IMG/VR virus record: IMGVR_UViG_3300032301_000529
Span: 1-34,843 of that record
Source: a virus
Lineage: Duplodnaviria; Caudoviricetes
Direction: 5' to 3' (one strand)
DNA length: 34,843 nucleotides
The translations under genes were made by a program, and so were the position numbers. Position 1 is the stretch's first letter; each line of letters opens with the position of its first letter. The notes under the pieces were generated by a model. That model saw only the letters and a program-made list of their open reading frames with translations, searched no databases and had not been told where the DNA came from. Of this stretch, positions 34,581 through 34,843 are shown one piece after another.

Positions 34581-34796
34581 CTACTCATCGTCACAAAAAT
34601 CGTTATTTCGGTGCGGCTGGTTAAGATCTTGGAACTCGCGGTCGGCCAAGTGCCACGCGATCTCATGCTTGCGGGCCAAGTCCTTGGCTTGTGCTAGGTC
34701 GCCACGATTGATTGCTTTCACAACTCGCTCGGCTGAATTGCGACAGGCCATCACTTCAATGTTTTCGATTAGGCGGAATTTAGTCAGGTCGGTCAT
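34581..34796 (-). CDS. Hypothetical protein
   Basis: 71 aa; its 5' part is duplicated at 1-76 by the terminal overlap. Confidence 0.6.
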   Translation of the reverse strand: MTDLTKFRLIENIEVMACRNSAERVVKAINRGDLAQAKDLARKHEIAWHLADREFQDLNQPHRNNDFCDDE

Positions 34797-34843
34797 AATC
34801 AGCCCCGGCGGTTATTGCCGTAGTAATCGCAGAAGCGGTGGAA
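34721..34843. repeat. 123-bp direct terminal repeat (right copy)
   Basis: Exact copy of 1-123; the repeat falls within coding genes, favouring a circularisation overlap over physical termini. Confidence 0.95.

Larger units (their letters stand above)
1..34720. mobile_element. Complete temperate tailed phage genome (lambda-like packaging, siphovirus tail)
   Basis: Integrase and attP, terminase, portal, capsid, tail chaperone frameshift, tape measure, lysis genes; ends overlap. Confidence 0.93.

Noticed and set aside
1-34843. Alternative genetic code
   Set aside because: Genes tile the genome densely under the standard code, with TAA, TAG and TGA all used as stops

Overview
The window looks like a complete, circularly permuted temperate siphovirus genome of about 34,720 bp, since positions 1-123 repeat exactly at 34721-34843. 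Spanin-like lysis genes point to a Gram-negative host, which I cannot identify from the sequence. Almost every gene is on the minus strand. In order, these are early/replication genes (SSB-like protein, PD-(D/E)XK exonuclease, 3D-domain protein, C5 methyltransferase, primase-helicase, iteron-like origin), lambda-type packaging and head genes, tail genes with a -1 frameshifted chaperone, and the lysis cassette. Only a tyrosine integrase (beside a tRNA-3'-end attP) and one small ribbon-helix-helix (RHH) gene are on the plus strand. The most unusual element is a five-gene, translationally coupled enzyme cassette inserted between the head-closure and tail-completion genes. It encodes a GT2-TPR-GT2 glycosyltransferase, a second GT-like protein, a minimal thiamine-diphosphate (ThDP) E1-beta, a radical SAM/SPASM enzyme and a minimal E1-alpha, and may decorate the virion with an unusual, possibly branched, sugar. 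Other notable features are a TTGACAC box 12-15 nt upstream of late-gene start codons, a divergent switch of two paralogous RHH genes missed by the ORF track, a portal with three extra C-terminal modules, a CCA/poly(A)-polymerase-like nucleotidyltransferase among the tail genes, and an out-of-frame gene nested in the methyltransferase. All protein calls come from motif recognition by eye; no database searches were run.
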